From NCBI GenBank assembly GCA_029953675.1, contig JAMWBK010000004.1, positions 558,001-622,000 on the forward strand: a stretch of 64,000 bases of DNA, in the 5' to 3' direction. Below, piece after piece: positions 48,269 to 59,762 of this stretch. Under the pieces are notes generated by a model. The model ran no database searches. It saw only the letters and a list, made by a program, of their open reading frames with translations, and was not told the DNA's origin. The stretch comes from Rhodosorus marinus CCMP1338. Its lineage: Eukaryota; Plantae; Rhodophyta. The translations under genes and the position numbers were made by a program. Position 1 is the stretch's first letter; each line of letters starts with the position of its first letter.

Positions 48269-49649
48269 TGTTGGAAATACAAGGCCTATGGGTCTCGTCT
48301 TTATCTCTTGTACATGCATTTAATGGTACTAAACGCACTTTACCGACTTCTTGAAGCACATATATACTCCTACAGCCTCTGCGATGCCGAAGAATATTTA
48401 ACCCTTAACAAGCCCAACTTCGGAACTCCCACATCCGTTTTTACCTGGAACAATACGGTTCCCTCGTGGGTGCATGAGATTTCACGATCCGCCAACACGA
48501 CCTTGGACTCCGTAACCGGACCAAGGTTATCGAAGAACTCACGATTCCCGAATATGTGTTCGGATGCCCCACTGTCAACCAACAGGTCATTCTTGTCACT
48601 GGAGCCTCCAATGGCTAGGAGTGTGTATTTCTCCCTGCTCCCACTTGCATTAAACTTTTTCGGGCCGTTGTGCCCTGACCACTGCCTTCCCCTCTTGCTC
48701 CGCTGCTGTTTAAGTTGATGACAATTTCGCTTGAAATTTCCAACATTCCCACAGCCGAAGCAGGTCTTACAATCCCGAGGTAGATGTCCTCCGCGTCCAC
48801 ATTTGTGGCATGCTCTTTCGCTCTCCCTCACTCTCATGTGGAGCAAGGTTGGCGTCCTTTCCGCGTTAGAATCCGGGTCTATGTCAATCGCCGCTTCTTC
48901 CTTGAGCCTGGGTTGGATAATCTCCCAGGCCGAGTCGTCTTCTGGCATGTTCTTCAGCGCATTGAGGACTAGCTGGTACTGCGACCGATCCCGTATCACA
49001 TTCTGTACATGTATTAACCAGTCGCTCGCGTCGTACGTTGTCCCTGCAATGGAACAGAGCTCGGCGTGCCGTACCTCGAACCATTGGAAAACGTTGTAGA
49101 GCAATTCTCCTGACTTTCCTCTCCTATGATATAGCTGGAAAGCAAGTTGGGTCTTGTTCGTCCGCGTTCGATTAGTGTATATCTTTTCGAACTTTCCCAG
49201 ATAATCCTGGGGTCTGTCTCTTCAGCCACCATTAGCTTTTGAGTGTCACCAAGCGTGAGTTTCATATACGCTCCGACTAATGACAACCGATCCTTGTCGA
49301 CAGTCTCCTCGTCATCCCTAAAAACCAGTATTGTCAACCGACAAGCGTCCAAACGTGACGTGACATGAGTTGCCCATCGTCTGTAGCCTTCGTGTGCGAC
49401 TCTAGCTGGGGGCATTTCATGAGTGCTTGCAGGATCAAATGATCCACAGCATCTCCCTCCGTGATTCCTCCTTACAACCACAAACTTCAACACCTGTCCT
49501 CCTGTTCTCTTCACAGCTCAAACGTGAGTTGTGCTCATAAGCGGTTGGAAATACAAGGCCTATGAGTCTCGTCTTTATCTCTTGCTCATGCCTCTAATGG
49601 TACGAAACGCACTTTGCCGACTTCTTGAAGCAACATGTATACTCCTACA
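48269..49649 (-). mobile_element. Internally deleted Ty1/Copia element: two ~106-bp LTRs flanking gag and protease
   Basis: LTRs 48269-48374 and 49543-49649 (TGTAGGAG...TTCCAACA on minus); PBS-like GCTTATGAGCACA; CHKCGRGGHLPRDC knuckle; LVDSGASEHIFGNREFF protease. Confidence 0.88.
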
Positions 49650-49739
49650 GCCTCCGAAATCTCGGGACTAGGGAAAACGTTCATGCAGATTTTCCGGGGG
49701 TTGCGAACTAATCACCCATACAATCGAGCTCGAGCGAGC

Positions 49740-50225
49740 CAGTAGGCCTGATTGGGGCGTTTGGTAGTTGACTTCCGTAACGCGTTCAACAGGGTCTCGC
49801 GGACCATGCTTTGGAGGTGATTCGCAGGGTATTCCCGGAGGCGTGGCCGTTCCTATCCGGTATTTACTGAGGGGGGAGCCTCCCTTAATTGACAACGCAC
49901 GGCTCTGTTTTTGCAGCACGTACTGGCGTTCAACAGGGTGACCCTTGTGGGCCGGTACTTCCCGCATGTGCCTTGCAGTTCGTGCTCCAGCGACTGGCGG
50001 CTGAGGTGCCGGAGCTTCGCATCTGTGCCTACCATGACGACGTGACGTTGCTGGGCACTCCTGAGCACTTGGCTCGGGGACTGACCCAGATCGAAGCACT
50101 CGCACGTGGAGTAGGTCTAACCGTGGAACCCGAAAAATGCCGTTTTCTCGGCCCGCGTGAAGTTTCGAGGGGCTCCCTGCCACCTAGTCTCCGAGCCCTC
50201 ATCAGTTGCCTTGCCTGTTCCTGTC
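49740..50225 (+). mobile_element. CRE-like RT core fragment (probably family A)
   Basis: VDFRNAFNRVSR; ARTGVQQGDP; CAYHDDVTLLG. Confidence 0.88.
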
Positions 50226-50359
50226 TGTAAAGGGCGTGTACAATGGCCAGCAGAACCTGAGTTAGTACGGGACTCTGCCGCATCTTTCTCTTCCTGCGGT
50301 ACACTGCTAATCGCTTAACAGCGATGAGACCATACTATTGGAACCCATCTCCAATATCT

Positions 50360-51000
50360 GGGTTTATTGGCTGGCTTTATTGGCTGGCTTTATTGGCTGG
50401 CTTTATTGGCTGGCTTTATTAGCATAGCCTACAGCGCTACGCAAACCGTGAAAAGGAACTAAGAACTAGGTAGGGAAGCGTGCAAACCCAGGCGCCGACG
50501 GCGCGCCTCGGCAAGCATGCTGCTCGAATATCGCCACAGAGAGACACTTAAACGCCGCCAAAGTTCCAAGTATTCAACAGGATGCCCAGTGAAACATTTC
50601 CGCAACCACTCCAAACCCGACTTCTCCACGTGACCAAAGCTTTCCACAATGAAAGGCTGGAACCGGTGGGAGCGACCCTCAGCGTGAGGCAGGCTGGCCA
50701 TACTCTCAGTATACCGTCGTTCCTTCACACAGCGAAGGGCCGAAGCAGCTGCTCCCCGGCGGGCGGCAGCCGTCAGATGGGCGCTTGCCACAGGGCATGT
50801 AATAGCGAGGTCCACATATGCTGAGCGTCTGGCGGCAGCATCGGAGACGAAGAGATCTGCGATACAGCGGGGCGGTGACCTATCCGAGACAGATCTGGGT
50901 AGTTCCGATTCCACTTCAACCGTATGCCCTACCCCAGTCAGACATTCGCTCAAAATGTACTTGAAGCGAGTGTGACGCCTCGTACGAAGACCTCTCAAAC
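50360..51000 (-). mobile_element. 5'-truncated family A2 LINE with (TTTATTGGCTGGC)n tail
   Basis: ORF 50459-50998; four 13-mer tail units at ~50362-50418. Confidence 0.93.
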
Positions 51001-51939
51001 CCTAGCATTCACTAGCTCTGAATCTTTCTTTGGGGGGTTCCTTGTGCGTGTGGAAAATAAAGTCCCTCGAATACATGACGCGAAGAACTCTACGACGTTT
51101 GCTATTTAACGAGTCCGCGCAACCCCAGTCTATTCTTAATGTGCATCCTATCATGAGCAACCCTAGTCCTTTTAGAATGTTCCCGACTATGCAGCGCCGT
51201 ACCTGCAGCCGAGATGTTTCGGTGTTAGGACCAATACTTCAAAACCAAGCAAGTTACCGTGGTTTTGGGATGCCGTCCGCACCCTGCCTATGCGTCCGTG
51301 CGAACTGAAACCTAATGGATCTCCTCACCGACTGCAAGTTGTTAACTCCGCAGGGGGATCTTGCCAAGCTCGATGCCCGATCGCGACCAATCACAGACCT
51401 CTCCCATCCCATTGTAAAAAATTCCCGGATCGCATTGGGAAATCTGAAGATATATACTTGGAGCCATACCAATTTGCCACGTGGAATTAAACTTTGTGCC
51501 TATTGGAAAACTGTTGCACAATGCTAATCGCTATACCATGATTGGAACAATAAATCGAATACCTGTTTTTGTTAACACAAAAAGATAAAATAGTCTAATA
51601 TTATTAAACACGAGAGGACGCTCCTATTTAAGTATTTGTCTATAATGTAGAAATTATTTCTCCCTAAAAGCTCCTCCAATGCTCTTTTTCTTCTTGATAT
51701 TCTAAGTTAGAGAAAACATCGCAGATTTAAGAATATTGTCTTTTTCTTTTTTTTTGGATTTGTTTACAGTGACTGGTAACCAGATAAAAGTCACCGTTCG
51801 GTCCTGCGAGCCCCCACCGATGAACTTTTGTAAGGAGTAGCCCGTTTCTATGTCGTGGACAAGTACGCCAGTGGATAGAGGTCAAACACCCACCAAACTG
51901 TTTCATCAGGGACTTTTTTTGCCCTCTACAATTAACTGT

Positions 51940-52890
51940 AGGAAGAATGGGGTTGAATGAGGGACACGTTGAAAGGGCGAATCGAAACTGCGTAGACCCT
52001 TGTTTGGAAAGCGGGGGATGTCTTGGGACGTAACCAGAAAGTACTCACCGAAAATAGTAAGCCTAGGTCGTGCTTACGCTCGCACAACATAACACCGGAA
52101 TTTAGTAGTCGACTTTTAATTAAAGTGCTAGCCAGAATGAATGAATGTTTGAATGTGAAGCGTACTGATGCACGAGGTAGAGGGCGGACATTCTATTTCT
52201 GATCTGGCTCTTGAAAACCCAATGCGTTCAGGCGGTCGAGTAAGAGTCGGGAATTATTCGCGGACCCTTTGATACTGACCAAATGTGGACTGGTGAGATT
52301 TTGTAGGGAGTAGTCTGACGGACAGGGACGCACTGCTTGAGGTCCTCGCCCAACTCTTCCATCACGATAGAATTCTAGCGAGTACCCTCTGTAAGGAAAA
52401 GCGTGATGAATGAGGGGCGTGGCGCATTGAAAGGCGAGTCGAAACCGCGTAGACCCTGGTTGGAAAGCGGGGGATAGCGGTGGAAGTAACGTGAAAGCAT
52501 CACGGAAAAATAGTGAGCCAAGATTGTCCTTGCGCTCAAACAACATAACACCGAAATTTGCTATTCGGGTTTTGGTGAAAGTGCTTGTGTTGAGTACCTG
52601 CGGACCCCTACGCCGTTTAAGTATTGCTCTCTGGCGATATTCTAGCAGCATGCTCGCCGAGGCGCGCCTCCGCCGTCTGGTGCTGGCGCTTTTTCCATAG
52701 TTCATAATTCCCTTTTTGCGCCATGAGTACGCTTCAGGCTGTACTAGTAAAACCACCGCTAGTCGGCTTCGTGTGAAAGTGACGAGAATGAATGCATGGT
52801 TGAATGTGAAGCGTGGTGTTCCAGGACGGATTATTCTATTTCTGATATGGTTCTTGGCAACCTAATGCATGCAAGCGGTCGAGTTCAATA
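51940..52890. repeat. Diverged tandem duplication ending in (CATT)n on minus; possibly a third retroelement 3' end; contains a family A remnant at ~52580-52755
   Basis: 51940-52260 resembles 52400-52890; GAATGAATG..TTGAATGTGAAGCGT occurs twice. Confidence 0.45.
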
Positions 52891-53258
52891 GTCATGGGGA
52901 AACAACTCCGCTCCCGGGCATGGGCTGAATGCGTTGACCAGAGACTTTACAAGCCGGAATCACGCATTTTACTTCTCATGGCTTCTCAACCCTACCTGAA
53001 TATTTGATCCATAACGGTACATTACGTGATCCTATATAGCGGCCGACGAGACAAAAACAAATACAGCCCGGCCAACTATAGCTCCAAAACAGCCTGTTTC
53101 AATAAATAGCGCAAAGGTGAATGTCCCTCAATGGATTCCTATAGCTTGTCCCATTCGGAGAGATCGCTACGAAAAAATTCTTAAAACAAGAAAGCACATT
53201 AGCTCCGGACAAGCACCTCACGGCAGGACGAGGGAGATCTGAACAAGCCCCTGCCAAG

Positions 53259-53389
53259 AAGTCTAAGCGTAACTGTAAACTCGTGGAGAGGAGGGGGAAG
53301 CTAATGCTTTGCTGAGTTCACCCGAAGTCTTAGCGTAACTGTAAACTCGGGGAGGGGAGGGGAAGCACCATTAGCTTAGCTGAGTTCAC
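53259..53389. repeat. Two 66-bp direct repeats (a second pair of 51-bp repeats lies at 53605-53690)
   Basis: AAGTCT.AGCGTAACTGTAAACTCG...GCTGAGTTCAC twice; AGACCAGGCA...GCAAGCAACCATCAGCTCATTT twice. Confidence 0.75.
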
Positions 53390-53839
53390 ACAAGGGGGAG
53401 GGGAGGGAAGGGAGGAGCGGAATGAATCCCTTCCCTCCGGGTAAAGATACTGCTTCACAAAATGATTCACTCATAAAGCGTTAACCCGTACTCCGATGCC
53501 AGTCCAATGCTACTTTTTGGCAATATTCTAGTAGAATGTAAACCGAAAATCGCCGCTACCGCCCTTTTTCTTGAATGATTCTCATACCGTAGCTCGCCCG
53601 CGTAAGACCAGGCAAGTGGCAAGCAACCATCAGCTCATTTAGCCAAGCTGAATCCAGACCAGGCACGGGCAAGCAACCATCAGCTCATTTTCGCCCAGCA
53701 AAATCCACTACCAACTGACAAACTATTTTTAGAACATCCCTCTTAATTGTAATTCAATAAAAATACGAAGCATTTCCTAAAAAAGAAACACTTGTCGAAC
53801 AGAACTAAACCAATTCATTCTAAACAGGAAGAGCGTTTC

Positions 53840-54290
53840 TGAGTTGAAATATGCTGGGGTTTTGTCTTCCCCGGACATTCGTGCTTCGGCTCTAACTCAT
53901 CGCCTGGTACACCTCTGGTCATTGAGCGCTTTGGGTTTCGGGATTCCGTTGGTTCTCGTTGGCCTCGGGAAGTGTTCCGCGACCACCCTGACCGTCTGAC
54001 CTCGTTATTTACCCGTTTTAAATTAGTTGCTGTGGCGTACGCTGCGTTGATGTCGGACAGTTCGCGGAACAACTCCCTGTCGGGAGTTGTTCCGCGAACG
54101 CCCTGACCGTCTTCAATCGTTGTTTACCCGCTTAAGTTTCCTGCTGTGGCGCATGAATGCCGCTTTGATGTTGGAGGCGCGAGTTCTTCGCCGCACTTAG
54201 TCTTTTTTTCCCCTCGGGGTTTTTTCTTTCAGCCTCAAATTAAACCATTCGTCGATGTCGGAGGCGCGCGATCTTCGCCGCGCTTATATT
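53840..54290 (+). mobile_element. Stacked family B 3' fragments (old plus young)
   Basis: Degraded copy 53840-54065 followed by a near-consensus 3' end to ~54255. Confidence 0.85.
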
Positions 54291-55440
54291 TTATAGCCGA
54301 TCTAGAAGCTGTGTACTGAACTGCTGTTGTTTTGGAGACCATCTCTCCTCAGCCACTTCAATTCTTACCAAGGTTCTTACCGGCGTTTTACTGGATAGGT
54401 GGATTCACAAGCCATTAAAAAAAATGGGCGGTACTACGGTGGTGTCTTTGGAGTCTAGTTCGTTTTCTGGTACGACGGTGCTCAAGTTCTTTCCCGCACT
54501 ATTCCTCGTTTCTCTGCTTTCCTGGAACCTCATTCCGTTCTTAGATAAACGCTTTGAGCAAACGGGATCAGAATCTGGTTCCGTGGATACTGACTATTTC
54601 AGGCTCGTTACTTTTCTCGTCGTGGGGAATATTCCGTACGACTAGAATCATCTTGCACTACCGGAAATGATCTCCTTTGGAATCGTACTGAAAAGAGGAG
54701 AAAGCACAGAGCTGAGCTGTCTGGTAGTTCAGCAACCCCCACTGTCAATCCTGACTAGAACTCAGGCTAGCCATTTGGTGTCCGCTCCAAATGGCTTTCA
54801 CCTGCAACTTCTTCCCGAATAATAGTTTTGGAGCCTGGTAATGTTCTACCATGATGTAGGCACTGAGGTAACCCTGGCAAAGGAGATTCTGAGGAATTGT
54901 TCCCGCTAAAGCGCTGAAGCTGGCAAGGTACGAACTTGGCCCTCTCCTGATCCATCAAATCTGGTCAACGAGGAACCAGAATCTGATTCAGTTCCCTCGG
55001 GCTAGGAGCCGAGGGGCAAGTACCTTAGAACTTGCTGCTCAGGTTCGAGCTGTCGCGGGGAAGAAGAGGGAACGAATCTGATTCGCAAGACATCTCAAGC
55101 TTTCTTCATCTAGAACCTCTTTTGGATGTATTGCTCTTGATATTGCTATAGGTGGAGGCTCTGTTTACAGTTCTCAGGTCTTGTTTTCTTGCTCTACTGG
55201 AGACTTTGGGACTATCTCTGTGATCAGAACAATGGGGTGGAGACTTTTTCAGGTCAGTAGCGAAAACGGTCTGCGTGGACCGATCGACAATGGGTATATG
55301 AGCACCTCCGTCGCTAGCGGCATCAGAAGTACTTCAGACATGAGGTGACAAGAATGCAACTAAAGAAACCAAAGAGGCTGAGGTAGTAGAGGCAGATGAA
55401 CGGAAGACTTTGAGTTTTCTTAGCGAACAAACAAGAATCA

Positions 55441-58116
55441 ATGACTTTCAGAAGCGCTTCGTGGTGTATGCTTTCGGTGTTGGCACTGCTTAGCGTCTCG
55501 GATGCAGTACCTAGCAGCCAGCATGAGAGGTCAGTGCTTCCGGAGCATCTCAACGCGGTAAGCAGACAGGCAGAATGTGATGGTGTAGGACCGCTCCCGG
55601 AATTCCTGCAGCTGAATCGGATCCCGGGAATAAAATCCAACTGCGTGAAGCTCGGAGACGTGTTGACGCTCCCTGGCAGTCTGAGTGAGTATGGCGTAGC
55701 TAACTCGGCCAACTCGGATTCCCAAGCGGTGGACATTATGAGAAGCATCATCGATCCCACCCAGGCATCGATCAAGGCTACCCTGCAGATGCTTACTGAC
55801 AGGGCGAACAATAACATCTGCTTCGGAAACTTCGAAGGCGGTGAGCTCAAGGCGAAGATGGACATCGATCAAGACCCTATGTTGTTCAACAAGTGCAAAG
55901 AGCTGCCTGTTTTGAAGGGATCAGAGTGGTCTGTATTCGCGTTCGCGATTACTACACCGTTCCCAGGATGTCTTACGGCCGGGAACGGGACTGCAGCATT
56001 TTGTGCGGCCGTCAGTATCTGCCCCGACACCGGACTTCCCTCTGTCGCAGTCGCCATCAACGCTATCGCTCTCGAGTGCCTTGGACAGAATATGGTGGCC
56101 CTTGACGGAGGAATCACCGCCGGTCTTACCAAGGTCGCATCCTATGGCCTCGATTTTATCACCTTTGGATTCTCCCTGAGCAACTCGCTCGTTACCAAGG
56201 CCTACGTTTACACCGGGCAGGAACCCAGAAAGTACAAGTTCATCACCTACGAGATCCACGGCATCTACCAAGACTCCATCCGTTTGAAGCTGAAGCTAGA
56301 AAAGTTCAAGCTGCCGAAGGTGATCGACCTTTCCGGCGGACAGAAACGAATTATCTCTGTGAAGGGAATTGAAAATGTCAAGTTTGAGAACACAGTCAAG
56401 TCGTTCGTGCCCGGCACCGATTCCGAAGGTTGGGATACCGATATGCTCGACCTGCTTGACTCAATTACAGATGTGACGATCCAGGCCGCTCTGATCATTG
56501 AGCTCAAAATGAAGTTCAAATTCTCTGCCGTCAAGGCGCTGCAGAAGATCCTTCCGAACTCCAACTCGATGACCTTGGGACAGATGAACATGTTCTTCAC
56601 CACCGGAGCAGTGACCCCACCAGGAGACGAATACACGGACATGGTCCTCAAGCCCGGAATTTACGCGTTCATCGGAAGCAATGCCGTTCCTGCCGTGCTC
56701 AAAGGGCTTTTGGAGTATACTCTTCAATTCGTTGGAAGCATCCTCGACCTGTTCGACTGGATTCCCTTCAAAATCGACTCGAAGGACCTCCTCAAAAACT
56801 TTGACGTCGGGGCATCGGACAACTTCGCGTTTGGGTTCACCGCGAACACGGATCATACTGCACTCGTACTCAACGTACCGTTGCTATTCGACTTCCTGGG
56901 TTACGTCACCATTGAGTGCAAGACCGACTATTCGTCGCTGAAGTGCTCGGTTTCAGGCGAGTTCAACACCAAGTTCTTCGAAGCCATCGGCGAGGCGATC
57001 GCGGAGGGAGTCCTATGGATCATCAAGGAGACTGATGAGTTCTTCAACGATATTGGAAACACCATCGGAGCTGCTTTCGAGGATGCTTTTGAGGGTACTG
57101 TCAGCGCCTTCTCCGAGGAGAACCTGAAGGCTACTGCTAAACTGATCGAGAAAGGCGCGCTCAGCATTGGAACCGACATCAAGGACGAGCTCGAAAACTG
57201 GGCCAAGTGGTGCGACACCGCGTTCAATGATTTCGGTGACTCCATCGCTGATCTCGCGACCGACGCTATTCATGAGATCTCCGGTTTTGGAAAGGGTATT
57301 GTCGATGATGCCGAGGACGCTTTCAACAACCTCGGAAAGGAGCTCGAGAAGGCCGCAGACTTTCTCGGAAAACAGTTCTCTTGCCCAGGAGATGGTGTCA
57401 TTCTATCCATCGCCGGATGCAATGATTGCTGTCTACCGATGAACGATGCGGTGAATGCCCTGCGGCGAGCTGGAAACAAAATCGAGAGGGCCTTAAACGA
57501 TATCATCAACGAGCTCAGCAACATCGCCAACGACGTTGCCGAAGTATTCTATAAGGAGAGGAGTAGCTTCAGTTACTCAAAGACGAACGACAAGGACGAG
57601 TACGGCTGCGACATACTGCTGGTCAAGAAGACTGTGAAGAAGTACTTCCTCGGTATTAAGGTCAGTGAGACGACCAGAACCGTAGGAACTACCTCGGACG
57701 AGGAATGCGTCAAGGCCGCGCTCGAGAATGCCAAGGAGGTTATTGGAAAGTACAACGCTACAGAAGTCGCCGAGGAAGCATTCCAGGCTACCTATAGCCA
57801 ACACAAAGACGCCATGTTCGGTGCTTCAATTACCAAGGAGGATCTACTTAGCTCTGCCGACTTTAAGTGCTCTCGTGAACTAGAAAGGGACCAGATGGTT
57901 TCTGGGACCAACTTTATGCCAGTATCCGTCACCTGCAGCGCCAAGTCTATTGGCTCTGACGGAACCTTCTCTGGACCCGTTGTCACGATCTCTCAGACAA
58001 AGACCATCGACATGTCCAACGCTACGAGCAGAGGGCAAGCCATTTCCATACTCTGGAACGATGTTAAATCCGAGCTTGCCGAGAAAATTACCCCGACCAT
58101 CGTTCGACGGAGATAA
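55441..58116 (+). CDS. 891-aa putative secreted protein of unknown family with an acidic amphipathic helical repeat region
   Basis: Long intronless ORF with coding-like codon use; signal-like N-terminus MTFRSASWCMLSVLALLSVSDA; repeats such as FNDIGNTIG, FNDFGDSIA, FNNLGKELE. Confidence 0.9.
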   Translation: MTFRSASWCMLSVLALLSVSDAVPSSQHERSVLPEHLNAVSRQAECDGVGPLPEFLQLNRIPGIKSNCVKLGDVLTLPGSLSEYGVANSANSDSQAVDIMRSIIDPTQASIKATLQMLTDRANNNICFGNFEGGELKAKMDIDQDPMLFNKCKELPVLKGSEWSVFAFAITTPFPGCLTAGNGTAAFCAAVSICPDTGLPSVAVAINAIALECLGQNMVALDGGITAGLTKVASYGLDFITFGFSLSNSLVTKAYVYTGQEPRKYKFITYEIHGIYQDSIRLKLKLEKFKLPKVIDLSGGQKRIISVKGIENVKFENTVKSFVPGTDSEGWDTDMLDLLDSITDVTIQAALIIELKMKFKFSAVKALQKILPNSNSMTLGQMNMFFTTGAVTPPGDEYTDMVLKPGIYAFIGSNAVPAVLKGLLEYTLQFVGSILDLFDWIPFKIDSKDLLKNFDVGASDNFAFGFTANTDHTALVLNVPLLFDFLGYVTIECKTDYSSLKCSVSGEFNTKFFEAIGEAIAEGVLWIIKETDEFFNDIGNTIGAAFEDAFEGTVSAFSEENLKATAKLIEKGALSIGTDIKDELENWAKWCDTAFNDFGDSIADLATDAIHEISGFGKGIVDDAEDAFNNLGKELEKAADFLGKQFSCPGDGVILSIAGCNDCCLPMNDAVNALRRAGNKIERALNDIINELSNIANDVAEVFYKERSSFSYSKTNDKDEYGCDILLVKKTVKKYFLGIKVSETTRTVGTTSDEECVKAALENAKEVIGKYNATEVAEEAFQATYSQHKDAMFGASITKEDLLSSADFKCSRELERDQMVSGTNFMPVSVTCSAKSIGSDGTFSGPVVTISQTKTIDMSNATSRGQAISILWNDVKSELAEKITPTIVRRR

Positions 58117-58479
58117 ATTACTGTGAACCGCAATGTTCCTATTGGTATCAACTTGGTGCGACTACAATTTATGGATTCATAAATAGAAAATTTTCTGGGT
58201 TTTAACTGTTAGATCCTTGCTTGCTTTCTCCATAGCTCCACACCACGGAGCTTGGACAGCCGATATTCTTTCATCCAATTGTCTCTGATATATGCTTTGC
58301 GGTTCAAGCTCCAATCAGTGTCAACATGGGCACTGCAGGGAGCTTTCCGCTGAAACCAGATACTCCTCTGTCCCAGGCTCTCCGAGAGTCCTGCTGCGGG
58401 TAAAACAACAGTTAGAGAAAGGTTTCCCTAGATTCTAGAACGTTTGAAAGGTCGAAGTCTTGTTTTCGGCACGAACGCT

Positions 58480-59710
58480 GTGAAACGCGCCCAAACCCGC
58501 CGACATCCACGGATCTTGAACCTGTTATACCGCCAACTTCGGCCAATAGTGCGGGCAAGGCGGTCTTGGAATGAATGAATTTATTTAATCGGAGGCTGAA
58601 AGAACCAAAAACTGGAGGGAACAAGAAAGGCTAAGAGCGGCGACGCGAAAAATTGCGCATGAGAAGCCCCTGCCGCAGACTACCGAAATACTGAACGCCG
58701 AGTGGCTGACCTCGTGGCCATCTGTGACGATAGTGCCGTACGACGTACGTTGATCTTGCTGCTCCTAATCCTCAGGCTAGCCCCGCTATTTTCCGACTGC
58801 AGGAGAGCGCCGTGGATTTTGTCTCTGCGAGTACAAAGCGCCCCTTACCTTCTTAGGTTCATGCGGACTGCTGAGAGGTCTTCGAACGAGGCGTCACACT
58901 CGCTTCAAGTACATTCTCAGCGAATGTTTGACTCGGGTAGGGCATACGGTTGAGGTGGAATCGGAACTACCCAGATCGGTCTCGGATAGGGCACCGCCCC
59001 GCTGTATCGCAGATCTCCTCGTCTCCGACGCTCAGCATATGTTGACCTCGCGATTGCACGCCCTGTGGCAAGCGCCCATCTCACGGCTGCCGCCCGCCAC
59101 CGGGGAGCAGCGTCTTCGGCCCTTCGCCGCGTGAAGGAACGACGGTATGCTGAGAGTATGGCCAGTCTTCCTCGCGCTGAGGGTCGCTCTTACCGGTTCC
59201 AGCCTTTCATTGTTGAAAGCTTTCGTCACGCGGAGAAGGCGGGTTTGGAGTGGTCGCGGAAATGTTTCACTGAGCATCCTGCTGAATACTTGGAACTTTT
59301 GCGGCGTTTAAGTGTCTCTCTGTGGCGATATTCGAGCAGCATGCTTGCCGAGGCGCGCCATCGGCGCCTGGGTTTGCACGCTTCCCTACCTAGTTCTTGG
59401 TTCCTTTTCACGGTTTGCGTAGCGCTTTAGACTATGCTAATAAAGGGTGATGTGATTCAACATAGCCTCACCTGGGGCCAACACAGTGCCGCTCACACAG
59501 TCATGCTCAATTCTCCTCTCACGCCGCCTACCACTGCCGCTCGTCTCCGCGGCATGGGAGGCCACCTCTCGCGCTTGTGGTTAACCACTCTACCGTCGTC
59601 ATTGAGTTATCGTCTCGATGCTTTCCAGTTCCGTTCTGCCGCACGGATCTATCTCGGTTTGCCACAGGCTCCGTGGCACTCTAATCGGCCGTCTTTCTGT
59701 CAGGGATGTG
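58480..59710 (+). mobile_element. Nested cluster: degraded family B (58480-58800, with a minus-strand B 3' end), A2 (58845-59445) and an A1 internal fragment (59446-59710)
   Basis: Peptide and 3' UTR matches to the families above. Confidence 0.85.
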
Positions 59711-59762
59711 AATGAATGGTTTAATCGGAGGCTGAAAAAAAAACCCCGAGGGGAAAAAAAGA

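Noticed and set aside
54300-55400. Possible LRR-like pseudogene (SALAGTIPQ) on minus
   Set aside because: A single short motif with many stops; unsupported
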